DNA of 64,000 nt from assembly GCA_964428015.1 (NCBI GenBank), contig CAYRWR010000006.1:64856-128855 (forward strand), given 5' to 3'. The first letter of the stretch is position 1. Each line of letters opens with the position of its first letter. The notes beneath the pieces are model-generated. The model saw nothing but the letters and a program-made list of their open reading frames with translations, did not search any database and was not told the origin of the DNA. A program made the translations under genes and the position numbers. The stretch comes from an uncultured Brevinematales bacterium. GTDB lineage: Bacteria > Spirochaetota > Brevinematia > Brevinematales > CAYRWR01. Shown here piece by piece: positions 8,770-17,829 of the stretch.

Positions 8770-9342
8770 ATGCAGATATTGCTTACTTTCCTGATAGGCA
8801 TCTTTTATATATTCTTTTTTGTAAGAAATATTTTTTTATCAGCAAAGATAGGTAAGAGTGTCAAGAATAAAGATATTCTGGCAAACCTGGCCATCCTCTT
8901 TTCAGCTATTAATACTCTTTATGTACTTTTAAAGGTCTGGTGGGCTGGTTTTTCTTTTAGTTTATACACCTTCAGTTTTTATGGGTATGAGATACTTCAG
9001 ATTGTCGCACTCTGCTTCATTGTTTTTGGCATTGCGATTTCGATCATTGCTTCCCTGGGATTAGGAAAGAGCTGGAGAGTAGGGGTGGATGAAGCTAACA
9101 AGACTGAATTAGTCAAAACCGGCATTTATAGCCTAAATAGAAACCCCTATTTTTCCGCCTGGTACCTGGTATATATTGGCTTCTTTTTATATGTGCCCAA
9201 TCTGGAAAATCTTATATTAGTCCTGCTTAATATAATAGTATTTCATAAAATGGTATTGCATGAAGAAAAATACCTTGCACATCAAATTGGAGAAGAATAT
9301 CTGGAATACTGTAAGAAAGTTAAAAGATACGGATTGATCTAG
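8770..9342 (+). CDS. Isoprenylcysteine carboxyl / phospholipid methyltransferase-family membrane protein
   Basis: 190 aa, polytopic. GIYSLNRNPYFSAWYLVYIGFFLY and HEEKYLAHQIGEEYLEYCKKVKRY match the ICMT/PEMT C-terminal signature. Confidence 0.8.
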   Translation: MQILLTFLIGIFYIFFFVRNIFLSAKIGKSVKNKDILANLAILFSAINTLYVLLKVWWAGFSFSLYTFSFYGYEILQIVALCFIVFGIAISIIASLGLGKSWRVGVDEANKTELVKTGIYSLNRNPYFSAWYLVYIGFFLYVPNLENLILVLLNIIVFHKMVLHEEKYLAHQIGEEYLEYCKKVKRYGLI

Positions 9343-9345
9343 AAA

Positions 9346-9564
9346 TCAGGATTTTTTGATACCGAAAATCTGTGTTTTTATCCAGGTCCAGTTCAGGATA
9401 ATATGCAAAACTACCAGTATTGCCATGGCGAGACCATTATAACTATGAACGCTATCCATCCATTCAGGTTCAATGCTAAAAAATAACATTATCAAACCGC
9501 TGACTGACTGAAACAACACTGAGATAAATAATAAGATGTTTACAGGGACAAGCAGCTTTTTCAT
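9346..9564 (-). CDS. Small two-TM membrane protein (DUF4405-like)
   Basis: 72 aa. Two hydrophobic helices with conserved-looking His residues (SVHSYNGLAMAILVVLHIILNW). Confidence 0.45.
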   Translation of the reverse strand: MKKLLVPVNILLFISVLFQSVSGLIMLFFSIEPEWMDSVHSYNGLAMAILVVLHIILNWTWIKTQIFGIKKS

Positions 9565-9579
9565 GAACTTTACTCCTGA

Positions 9580-9930
9580 TTACTGGTTATGAAATTCTTT
9601 GTTGCGGGCATTCAGTACACTTTTAGCTTTACTAATATCGGGAGCGACCATATTAGACCTTTCATAAGCAGAAATAGCCTGTTTATAGCTCTTTACTTCT
9701 TCCAGTTGACGTCCCTGTTTGAAATAGTACTCGGCATAATCTTTCATGATTTCACGATTAACTGTGGTGTTTAAATGAACAGTCTTTTCCCGCTCAGGAG
9801 TGGGTTTTTGAGCTTTCTGCTGGAATTCTTTAGAACGGGCTACGGCATCCTGTTCCGCTTGTGACGGTTTAGAATCGCCTTTAACGTGTTGAGGTTGAGG
9901 AATGTTGGGATTTAATCCTTCAATCTTCAT
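9580..9930 (-). CDS. Hypothetical protein immediately downstream of ssrA
   Basis: 116-aa ORF. Polar N-terminal half and a TPR-like helical pair (YYFKQGRQLEEVKSYKQAISAYERS). GGAGG lies upstream of the ATG. Confidence 0.5.
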   Translation of the reverse strand: MKIEGLNPNIPQPQHVKGDSKPSQAEQDAVARSKEFQQKAQKPTPEREKTVHLNTTVNREIMKDYAEYYFKQGRQLEEVKSYKQAISAYERSNMVAPDISKAKSVLNARNKEFHNQ

Positions 9931-9983
9931 GGCTACCTCCTTGTAGGCCCTTATGCCTCTTTTTACAAAATACAGCTAAATAA

Positions 9984-10335
9984 TGGAGACGGCGGGAATC
10001 GAACCCGCGTCCTAAAACCAGAACCAAAAGACCTTATTCACAAGCTTAGTCTCTTTTTGTTGTGGTGGCAGAATGGAAATGAGACCAACCATTTCCGCCA
10101 TCTATTCCGGACTTTGATTTAAGAAGCGAGTCCGGACACCGGGCTTCCGATTCCCCTTTATATTAGCCAATAACAGACATCAGGGACAAATCTCTGTTAC
10201 CAGCCTGGCCTATTTACGCGGCCAGAGCGTAAGAATAATTGTTGGCAATTAATCTTGTTGAGCCTTTTAACGGGATACTCAGCCCTGCTTGAAGTCTAAT
10301 AGCCCTCGTGTTTCAGTCGAAATCCAATCGTCCCC
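9984..10335 (-). ncRNA. ssrA: tmRNA (SsrA)
   Basis: The reverse complement starts GGGGACGATTGGATTTCGAC and ends GGACGCGGGTTCGATTCCCGCCGTCTCCA (tRNA-like acceptor/T arm). The internal tag frame GCC AAC AAT TAT TCT TAC GCT CTG GCC GCG TAA (10246 down to 10214) encodes ANNYSYALAA. Confidence 0.93.
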
Positions 10336-10355
10336 TTTTATAGTTCTACTATTAA

Positions 10356-10384
10356 AATATAACCTATTCAAAAAAATAAATCAA
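10356..10384 (-). promoter_or_regulatory. Candidate ssrA promoter
   Basis: Minus strand TTGATT-17 nt-TATATT, about 20 nt upstream of the mature 5' end. AT-rich context, so the call is weak. Confidence 0.3.
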
Positions 10385-10557
10385 GTCTTAAATCAAATAA
10401 ATTTAGAGCTTATTGGTATCGGCAAAACAGTATCACAAACTATAGCTTTTTTCCTCGTTGCATAAAAAATAAATTGTACCAGGGAGCGCTCTAATATACT
10501 GTACTTTTTTAATTTTTTCCTGTAAAATATCTTAGTATCACACCACGGGAGGGGACC

Positions 10558-11805
10558 ATGCCCAGTTCAAAAGAAAATCTGAAAAAGTTTGACCCCGAAG
10601 TTTATCAGGCTATTTGTAATGAAGAAAAGCGAGAAGAGCTGACACTGGAATTAATTGCCAGTGAAAATGCAGTATCCCGCAGTGTGCTGGAAGCTCAGGG
10701 CTCCCTTTTTACCAATAAATATGCGGAAGGTTATCCCGGTAAGCGCTACTACGGCGGCTGTGAATATGCTGACATAGTGGAAGATCTGGCCCGTAACAGA
10801 GCCAAACAGATATTCGGGGGTGATCATATCAATGTACAGCCCCACAGCGGCAGCCAGGCCAATATGGGCGTCTATATGGCATCCATTAAACCCGGAGATA
10901 AAGTACTGGGTATGTCACTTTCCAATGGGGGGCATCTCACCCATGGATCCAAGGTCAACTTTTCCGGAAAAGTGTATGAATCCTTTGAATATGGTGTCAA
11001 TTCTGATTCGGGGTTGATCGATTATGATCAGGTGGAAAAACTGGCCCAGGAGCACCGCCCTGCCATCATAGTAGCTGGTGCATCAGCCTATTCGCGTATT
11101 ATCGACTTTCCCCGTTTCCGGCAGATTGCGGATAGTGTGGGTGCCTATCTGTTTGTGGATATGGCGCATATTGCCGGCCTGGTCGCTGCCGGTCTGCACC
11201 CATCACCTGTACCTCATGCTGAGTTTGTGACCACTACTACCCATAAGACCCTGCGTGGTCCCCGCGGCGGTATGATCATCTGCCGAGAAGAATTTGCCAA
11301 AGAGATTGATAAAACCATTTTTCCCGGTATACAGGGGGGGCCCCTGGTCCACGTCATAGCCGCCAAAGCTGTGGCCTTTAAAGAAGCTCTGAGCCCAGAA
11401 TTCAGGAATTACCAGCAGCAGATCTTGAAAAACGCATCAACCATGGCCAAAGTCCTCATGGATAAAGGCTTTAAAGTAGTCTCCGGGGGTACCGACAATC
11501 ACCTGTTTTTGCTGGATCTCACCCCTCAGGATATCACAGGTAAAGACGCGGAAAAACGTCTGGAAGAAGCTCACATTACAGTGAATAAAAATACCGTTCC
11601 CGGAGAACAACGCAGTCCCTTTGTCACATCCGGTATCCGGATAGGTGCTCCTACAATCACCACTCGGGGTATGAAGGAATCTGAAGCGGAAGAAGTAGCC
11701 AATTATATCGCCGAAATACTCCTGCACATAGAAGATGAAAAAGTCCTAAACTCTGTCAGGGAAAAGGTCGAAAATCTATGTAGGCGTTTTCCTTTATATG
11801 CCTGA
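10558..11805 (+). CDS. glyA: Serine hydroxymethyltransferase
   Basis: 415 aa. [35 protein letters not shown] and the PLP-lysine region [15 protein letters not shown]. Confidence 0.97.
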   Translation: MPSSKENLKKFDPEVYQAICNEEKREELTLELIASENAVSRSVLEAQGSLFTNKYAEGYPGKRYYGGCEYADIVEDLARNRAKQIFGGDHINVQPHSGSQANMGVYMASIKPGDKVLGMSLSNGGHLTHGSKVNFSGKVYESFEYGVNSDSGLIDYDQVEKLAQEHRPAIIVAGASAYSRIIDFPRFRQIADSVGAYLFVDMAHIAGLVAAGLHPSPVPHAEFVTTTTHKTLRGPRGGMIICREEFAKEIDKTIFPGIQGGPLVHVIAAKAVAFKEALSPEFRNYQQQILKNASTMAKVLMDKGFKVVSGGTDNHLFLLDLTPQDITGKDAEKRLEEAHITVNKNTVPGEQRSPFVTSGIRIGAPTITTRGMKESEAEEVANYIAEILLHIEDEKVLNSVREKVENLCRRFPLYA

Positions 11806-11863
11806 AACCGTGTTATATTTCCCATAGGATGAACTGAAAGAATACCTTTTGCCTGGAGAAGGG

Positions 11864-13087
11864 ATGGCTGATAATAAATTTGGTGTCGCGAACTACAAAA
11901 AGAATGCCTACATATATATTGAGGATCAGGAAGACTCCAACGATTTTTATATTATTCGCCAGGGTAATGTAACAGAGACCCGCAGCGCCGGACAGTTGAC
12001 CAATGAAGAAGGCACACATCTGGGACCGGGAGATTTTTTTGGTGTGTTATCCTGTATGGCCAAACGCCCCCGTATAGGCAGTGTGCAGAGTGAAAGTGAA
12101 GTATCCTGTATTGTAGTCAAAGGTACCCAATTCGAAGAATTGATCCAGAAGATGGCTCCTATTGCCATGAAAATCATTCGTTACTTCTCTCAACAGCTCC
12201 GTCATTATGACTCCATTCTCACCAAATTGACATTTAAATCTTCAGTGGAAGAAAATCCCTGTAACCTTTTTCGCGTAGGTGAGTATTATTTCGCCAATAA
12301 ACAGTATATCCAAGCGGCACATGCCTACCTGCATTATATCAAGTTTTGCCCGGACGGCGGATATGCTCCTCAGGCCAAACAGAAACTGGTGAAGATCAAT
12401 CCCCCCAAAGAAAAATTAATACCGAAAAAGGACAACTTCTTTTATCTTTATGAGGATAATCAGATCATCTTTCTGGAACATGAACCAGGAGCAGAACTCT
12501 ACATCATCCAGGAAGGAAAGGTCAAAATAACCAAACTAGTGGATGATAACGAGGTATTATTGGCAGTACTGAAAAAGGGAGACATCTTCGGAGAAATGGC
12601 CATTCTGGAAAATAAACCCCGCTCCGCCACAGCCATAGCCTATGGGCCCACCAAGCTTATGGGTGTGACCAAGGCCAACTTTGAACCTATGGTAAAAGCC
12701 CACCCTGAAATTGCCCGCCGCATCATTGAGCTCCTCTCCGAACGTATCTGGCTGATATACAAACAGCTGTCCAATATTCTTATCAATGATCCTGTGGGAA
12801 AAATCTACGATTCTATGTTCACTCAATTGCAGAAAAACCGGATTGCTATCAAAGAAGGTGTATCTCATACTTTTGATTTCGGCCCTGACGAATTAATCAA
12901 GTTCGTAGGCCTGAACAGCATGGAAGGTAAACTGGCAATAAAAAATCTGTTCGATAATGATAAAAGTATGGATATAGTAGACGGAAAAATCATGTGTAAA
13001 GATGTATCCAATATCCAGAAGGCAATCAATGTGATCAAACGAAATCAGGAGATTGCCCGCCGCAAAAAAGAAAGCGCCTACTCCTGA
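11864..13087 (+). CDS. Protein with two cyclic-nucleotide-binding domains and a TPR-like linker
   Basis: ATG at 11864 is preceded by GGAGAAGGG; the track start at 11849 is TTG. First CNB domain: GDFFGVLSCMAKRPRIGSV. Second: GDIFGEMAILENKPRSATAIA. Linker: GEYYFANKQYIQAAHAYLHYIKF. Confidence 0.85.
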   Translation: MADNKFGVANYKKNAYIYIEDQEDSNDFYIIRQGNVTETRSAGQLTNEEGTHLGPGDFFGVLSCMAKRPRIGSVQSESEVSCIVVKGTQFEELIQKMAPIAMKIIRYFSQQLRHYDSILTKLTFKSSVEENPCNLFRVGEYYFANKQYIQAAHAYLHYIKFCPDGGYAPQAKQKLVKINPPKEKLIPKKDNFFYLYEDNQIIFLEHEPGAELYIIQEGKVKITKLVDDNEVLLAVLKKGDIFGEMAILENKPRSATAIAYGPTKLMGVTKANFEPMVKAHPEIARRIIELLSERIWLIYKQLSNILINDPVGKIYDSMFTQLQKNRIAIKEGVSHTFDFGPDELIKFVGLNSMEGKLAIKNLFDNDKSMDIVDGKIMCKDVSNIQKAINVIKRNQEIARRKKESAYS

Positions 13088-13470
13088 TGCTGCTGTTCGT
13101 ATACGGATCCTTTTTACGGAAGGGTCCCTCCCATATCCTGATCAAAGGCTCCAAATTCATCGCTAATGCTATTTTACCGGATCATCTGCTCTATGACCTG
13201 GAAGGGCTGGAAATAGCAGCCGCAGTCCCGGGAAGGAATCCCAAAGGTATCTGGGGCGAAGTCTATGAAGTCGCCGATGAAAAACAGGATGACCTGGACA
13301 ATTACTGCGGATATATCCCGGGAAAACCATCCAAGAGCCTGTTTGAGAGAAAAAAAGTCCAGCTTCTGGGTACAAAAAAAGAAAACCTGGAAGCGGAAGC
13401 GTATATACTTCCGGAGTCCAGGCTTTCCCAGTTTGTAGCGGTCCCCATTCCTGAAGGCCGCTGGATCTGA
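13087..13470 (+). CDS. Gamma-glutamylcyclotransferase (AIG2/GGACT-like) family protein
   Basis: 127 aa. LLFVYGSFLRKG and the catalytic-Glu context WGEVYEV. The ATG overlaps the upstream TGA (TGATG). Confidence 0.75.
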   Translation: MLLFVYGSFLRKGPSHILIKGSKFIANAILPDHLLYDLEGLEIAAAVPGRNPKGIWGEVYEVADEKQDDLDNYCGYIPGKPSKSLFERKKVQLLGTKKENLEAEAYILPESRLSQFVAVPIPEGRWI

Positions 13471-13476
13471 TAATAT

Positions 13477-14466
13477 TTAAAAATCTATACTACTCACCAC
13501 ATACAGCCTGCCATCAGTGCCCCATTGTATCCCCATACTGCACATCGAATATATGTCATAACTAAAGGCCAATTCAGCTATGGGGCTGAGGTCCAGCCTA
13601 TAGAGAAACCTTCCTGCCAGGGTGAAATTACGGTACTTGGCTGATTGCTCCAGCCGCAGCCAGTTTTTACTCATGCGATCAGACCAGGTCCACTCCACTA
13701 TGGAACGCAGTATAACAGTCGGTAATGAGAAATACAATCCCGCAGACAACTGGATATCCGCCCGGTACAGGTCCAGGGCATAGACCAGGGGGTCGGTGTT
13801 TTCCAGCTGGAGGAGTCCCCGGATATAAAAATTAGCATGAGAATACTTCATCATAACGGCCATGGGGATGCTGTGCCGGAAATCCCCCTGGGAGTAGGAT
13901 AAAGCGAATTTTCCCAGTCTGAGATTGAGTCTCAGTCCGGCGGCATTGAGGAAGATAGGCAGGTAGGCATCCGGGGTGTCAAATTCACCGGGATTGCCCG
14001 GGCGGTACAGTGGAGTGACAGGCAACAGGGTCTGGGTATTTTTTCTGAGTACGGCAGCCCCGGAAAATGTCAGATCGATCCAGGGCGCAAACATGTAGTT
14101 GACCCCGAAGTCATACAGGTTGATATTATTCAGGATATAACCGTAGTTGGTATCGGGATTGTGGGTGTCCCGGTAGCCGTTCAGAGTTGCGAAAAACTGG
14201 AGGTTGTTGAAATTGAGGTTGGCACGGAGGTAGGCATATCTCAGGTGAAAGGTATTGGTATGAGCGCCGTAGCTGAGTACCCCCTGGCTATGTATGGCAA
14301 AAAAAGTATTATCTCTATAAGTATCATGGATAGTATCGATATAGTCGGCGCGGTGGTCTTTTTCAGCAATCATGTAGGTATCCAAACCGACCGGCATGCC
14401 ATCTATAGAAAACCCTCTGGCAAGGATAGCCAGAAGGAAAGTCAGTATCAAAGTGTTTATTTTCAT
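13477..14466 (-). CDS. Predicted outer-membrane beta-barrel-type protein
   Basis: 329 aa. Signal peptide. Aromatic-rich alternating pattern and a C-terminal ...VVSSIDF (terminal Phe). TAATG overlap with the upstream gene. Confidence 0.6.
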   Translation of the reverse strand: MKINTLILTFLLAILARGFSIDGMPVGLDTYMIAEKDHRADYIDTIHDTYRDNTFFAIHSQGVLSYGAHTNTFHLRYAYLRANLNFNNLQFFATLNGYRDTHNPDTNYGYILNNINLYDFGVNYMFAPWIDLTFSGAAVLRKNTQTLLPVTPLYRPGNPGEFDTPDAYLPIFLNAAGLRLNLRLGKFALSYSQGDFRHSIPMAVMMKYSHANFYIRGLLQLENTDPLVYALDLYRADIQLSAGLYFSLPTVILRSIVEWTWSDRMSKNWLRLEQSAKYRNFTLAGRFLYRLDLSPIAELAFSYDIYSMCSMGIQWGTDGRLYVVSSIDF

Positions 14467-15608
14467 TATTCTACTCCTTGTAAATTGGTGAGTATAACAG
14501 GCTGAACAGCAGGGACGGAAGGGGTGAGATCAAAACGGGTATTAAAGTCCAGGCGGATCATCTGGTCATAGCGTATCATGAGTCCATTCCAGGCTACCCC
14601 AGGACCCGGCCAGAATACGCCGTTTTTAAAAGCCAGTGCCAGGGTAAAATCACGGGCAAACTTTTTTATATAACTGATATTTAATCCCAGGTACAAAGGC
14701 ATTCGGAAAAAAGGATCGCCTTCAATTGACACGTAACGCTGGTTAGTGGTCAGAAGTTCTGAACTTACAAATACTTCACCTTCGAGGTGCCAGAAGCCCC
14801 GGCCCACAGCGTGGCGGTATCTGCCGTATAGTGCCTGCCCCAGTACATTGGCTCCGGGATTAGTCTCACGGTCAGGCAGCCAGTAGGACAACAGGTATAA
14901 TGCTGAAAAATTGGTATTTTGCAGGCCCACAGCCAGGTTATAGTTTTCGGTGATGGCCACAAGATGAGGATTTTCATGGCCGCCGTTGTGCCAGTAGTGC
15001 AGGGCACCGTACCAGGGGAGAGGTCCGATCTGAATCTTCTGAATCAGCCCCATGTCGAAACGTTCCCGGTGGTTGGCCGTATCTGCCAGCTGCCAGTTCA
15101 CATACAGTTCTCCCTGGAATAACAGATCCCAGTTCAAGGACAGGCCGTATTCGTAGCGTCCGTGACTGAACAATCCCAGAGGAAAGCTCTCATAGGGGAG
15201 CGGTACCCGGCTGGTAGAGATAACGCGGACCTGTGGGGTCAGGGAGGTCAGGGGATCCAGGATGGGACTGGGCAGATCGTGTGCCCCATACAGACTACCT
15301 AACACCAGTTTCCATTGCCCCATCTGTAATGTGGAACGTACCACGGGATACCAGTTAATAAGTTTATCTTCCTGATTAAAAGGAGTGAGCAGGCCCACAC
15401 CGGCTTCAAAGCTGGCGGTACCGATTCGAAATTCAAAACGTGGTTCCAACAGGTTTTCCAGATATGTGATGGTAGTGCGGGTTTCTTCCCAATAGCTGCC
15501 GTTTTCTCCGTTATAGATATAAGCGCTGTTATTGAGGTGAAAGACAGCATCCAGGGCACTGAGGGGGGTGAGGGGTAGTAAGAGCAGGATAAGCAGCCGT
15601 ATTCTCAT
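14466..15608 (-). CDS. Predicted secreted / outer-membrane protein
   Basis: 380 aa. Signal peptide MRIRLLILLLLPLTPLSALDA. Rich in Tyr/Trp/Gly with beta-strand-like alternation. AGGAGAG RBS. Confidence 0.6.
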   Translation of the reverse strand: MRIRLLILLLLPLTPLSALDAVFHLNNSAYIYNGENGSYWEETRTTITYLENLLEPRFEFRIGTASFEAGVGLLTPFNQEDKLINWYPVVRSTLQMGQWKLVLGSLYGAHDLPSPILDPLTSLTPQVRVISTSRVPLPYESFPLGLFSHGRYEYGLSLNWDLLFQGELYVNWQLADTANHRERFDMGLIQKIQIGPLPWYGALHYWHNGGHENPHLVAITENYNLAVGLQNTNFSALYLLSYWLPDRETNPGANVLGQALYGRYRHAVGRGFWHLEGEVFVSSELLTTNQRYVSIEGDPFFRMPLYLGLNISYIKKFARDFTLALAFKNGVFWPGPGVAWNGLMIRYDQMIRLDFNTRFDLTPSVPAVQPVILTNLQGVE

Positions 15609-15843
15609 ATCTCTCTCCTGTTTTTTAAGGACTATATTATAGGGGAAAGAGGATAAAAAGTCATTATTCAGAATAGAGGTTTAATAAGCGCGGAGCGTAA
15701 AAAAACAATCGCCAAAAACAAAGGATACTCTGGATGAAAGGATCAACATCATTTAAAGAATAAGTCCAGTGCCATCCCTCCCTACCCAAAAGACCAAAGA
15801 GCGGAGGCGGCTGCCGGTCTGGAAGTTAACACCGTGAACTCCC

Positions 15844-16659
15844 CTAATTGGGACGTTTGGAATCAGGCGATTGCAACAGACCTTTTACTTCCAGCTCTAT
15901 GCCGATACGCTGATGGGTCTCGCGGAAATCCTGCCCCAGTCCTCTTTGATATTCATAATGAAGCAGTAAACGGCTGGTGGAAAAATCCAGGCCGGTAGCA
16001 ATATTTACCGCGGGGTGAAATTCATTTTCATAGAAAACCGCCACATCACTGCCTACAAAATAGCCTAGACGTGCATTAAGAGGGATGGTCCATTCTTCAC
16101 CAATATGCAGACGGAAGAGCAGAGGCCGGGTGCTGACATAAAAAGCCGAGGGGGGGAAATACATATAGAAAATAAATCCGGCATGCAGTACCAGGTGGGG
16201 CAGGGCGGTGTAGCTGAGATCAAAACCCAGGTATTCATTGGAATCAAACACAGTATCGGTAAGGATATTACCCCGGTCATAACCATCCACCAGATGGGAG
16301 GACTCATGTACCAGGGGATATACAGCCAGGTCCAGTCCGGGGACATGGAACAGGTCCGACAGACAGCCGAAAAACCCGATAAAACCGATAAGGTTGTCCA
16401 CCGGATAGTGGCCGAAGAAATCCGAGGCAGGGTGGATAAAAAAAGTGAGGGAAGCCATCATGCCCCAGTCCCAGCGTTTGGCACGATAGATGGACAGATC
16501 ACTGGAAAATTTTCCTTCGGCTTCCAGTTTGTTATAGAGGGCGTTGTACTGGATACGCAGGTGGGTGACATAGCTTTTGGGGTCCTGGCTGGCATGGTAA
16601 TTCAGAGGCCAGGCTGGCAGAGCAATAAATAAAAACAGAAAAAAAATTGAATATCTCAT
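15844..16659 (-). CDS. Predicted secreted / outer-membrane protein (contains HESSH)
   Basis: 271 aa. Signal peptide MRYSIFFLFLFIALPAWP. GAGGTGA RBS. Beta-rich C-terminal half ending ...RIGIELEVKG.... Confidence 0.55.
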   Translation of the reverse strand: MRYSIFFLFLFIALPAWPLNYHASQDPKSYVTHLRIQYNALYNKLEAEGKFSSDLSIYRAKRWDWGMMASLTFFIHPASDFFGHYPVDNLIGFIGFFGCLSDLFHVPGLDLAVYPLVHESSHLVDGYDRGNILTDTVFDSNEYLGFDLSYTALPHLVLHAGFIFYMYFPPSAFYVSTRPLLFRLHIGEEWTIPLNARLGYFVGSDVAVFYENEFHPAVNIATGLDFSTSRLLLHYEYQRGLGQDFRETHQRIGIELEVKGLLQSPDSKRPN

Positions 16660-16746
16660 AACTCACCTCGAAATAAATATTAATGAAATAAATTAGTAAA
16701 AAACTCCCCTTATACAGGGGAGTTTTAGATTTCATATTTTATAAGA

Positions 16747-17757
16747 TTACATCTGAACCTGGGCGTGACCATCAACGATCTCACCGATCTGGAAGGCTTT
16801 GTAGCTTTCCTGGCAGAAGAAATCTAAAATATCTTTGGCTTTGCGGCTGTCCACAATCACAGCCATACCAATTCCCATGTTGAATACTTTATAGGCTTCC
16901 TCTTCGGCAATCTCACCCTGTTTGACGATAAATTCGATGATATCAGGGATATGCCAGCTGCCTTTTTCGACTTTGGCATCCAGGTGGTCGGGCAGGACCC
17001 GGTTGAGGTTGCCGGGAATTCCGCCTCCGGTGATATGAGCCAGCCCGTGAATGGCCTTGCCGTACTTGGAAAGCGCGTGGTTCAGTACAGGCGCATAAAT
17101 CTCAGTAGGTGCCAAAAGCAGGTCCCGCAGATGTCCGAAGCCATAATTCTGGGTGAGGTTAAGTTTTTTATCCTGCACCACTTTACGTATGAGGGAATAA
17201 CCATTGGAATGGAATCCGGAAGAAGCCAGTCCTATGACCACGTCTCCTTTTTTTACCATTTCCGGTTTGATGATATCCTTTTTTTCTACTACACCGACCG
17301 CGAAACCAGCCAGGTCGAATTCACCTTTTGGGTACATGCCGGGGAGTTCAGCGGTCTCACCGCCGATGAGGGCACAGCGGCTGAATTTACAGGCCGCGGC
17401 TATGCTTTCTATGAGGGTTATATAGGATGATTCTTCCAGCTCACCTAAGCCCAGATAATCGATAAAAAACAGAGGTTTGGCTCCGGAACAGACAATATCG
17501 TCCACACACATGGCTACCAGGTCAAATCCCAGTACGCCCAGCTTCCCGGTCTCACGCGCCAGCATGATCTTGGTACCCACACCGTCTGTACCGCTCACCA
17601 GTACCGGATTACGGTAACCGCTGATCTCAAACAGGCTGCCGAAGCCGCCCACTCCGGATAATACTCCCGGTGTATAGGTCAGATGCGCGGCGGCTTTGAC
17701 CCGGTCTATAAGCTGATCGGCTTTGTCTATGTCTACGCCGGCTGATTTATAATCCAT
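16747..17757 (-). CDS. purM: Phosphoribosylformylglycinamidine cyclo-ligase (AIR synthetase)
   Basis: MDYKSAGVDIDKA..., GVGGFGSLFE, VSGTDGVGTK. I place the start at the ATG at 17757, which has a GAGGGG RBS, rather than the track start at 17814. Confidence 0.95.
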   Translation of the reverse strand: MDYKSAGVDIDKADQLIDRVKAAAHLTYTPGVLSGVGGFGSLFEISGYRNPVLVSGTDGVGTKIMLARETGKLGVLGFDLVAMCVDDIVCSGAKPLFFIDYLGLGELEESSYITLIESIAAACKFSRCALIGGETAELPGMYPKGEFDLAGFAVGVVEKKDIIKPEMVKKGDVVIGLASSGFHSNGYSLIRKVVQDKKLNLTQNYGFGHLRDLLLAPTEIYAPVLNHALSKYGKAIHGLAHITGGGIPGNLNRVLPDHLDAKVEKGSWHIPDIIEFIVKQGEIAEEEAYKVFNMGIGMAVIVDSRKAKDILDFFCQESYKAFQIGEIVDGHAQVQM

Positions 17758-17829
17758 ACAATCCCCTCTCTTTGTCTCCATACTCATTGTAATACAAACT
17801 ATAGAAAATTCCAAGCATTTTAAGAGTGC

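Noticed and set aside
9346-10557. tmRNA gene as an integration site of a genomic island.
   Set aside because: The window shows no integrase, no duplicated copy of the ssrA 3' end (…GGTTCGATTCCCGCC…) and no mobile-element genes on either side.
16294-16308. The HESSH (HExxH) motif in the 271-aa secreted protein as evidence for a zinc metalloprotease.
   Set aside because: A five-residue pattern is expected by chance. The surrounding sequence lacks a third ligand motif and looks like a beta-rich outer-membrane protein. It may instead be a DUF1207-type H.SSH motif, but I cannot verify that.
16747-17814. Longer N-terminal extensions suggested by the ORF track: purM from 17814, GH13 from 29997, epimerase from 31216, lipoprotein from 39880, WD40 from 52668, cupredoxin-like from 20666, and the cNMP protein from 11849.
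   Set aside because: In each case an internal ATG is preceded by a good Shine-Dalgarno sequence. That start also gives the family-typical N-terminus or signal peptide. The extended versions start at non-ATG codons, lack an RBS, or run through a promoter or terminator hairpin.
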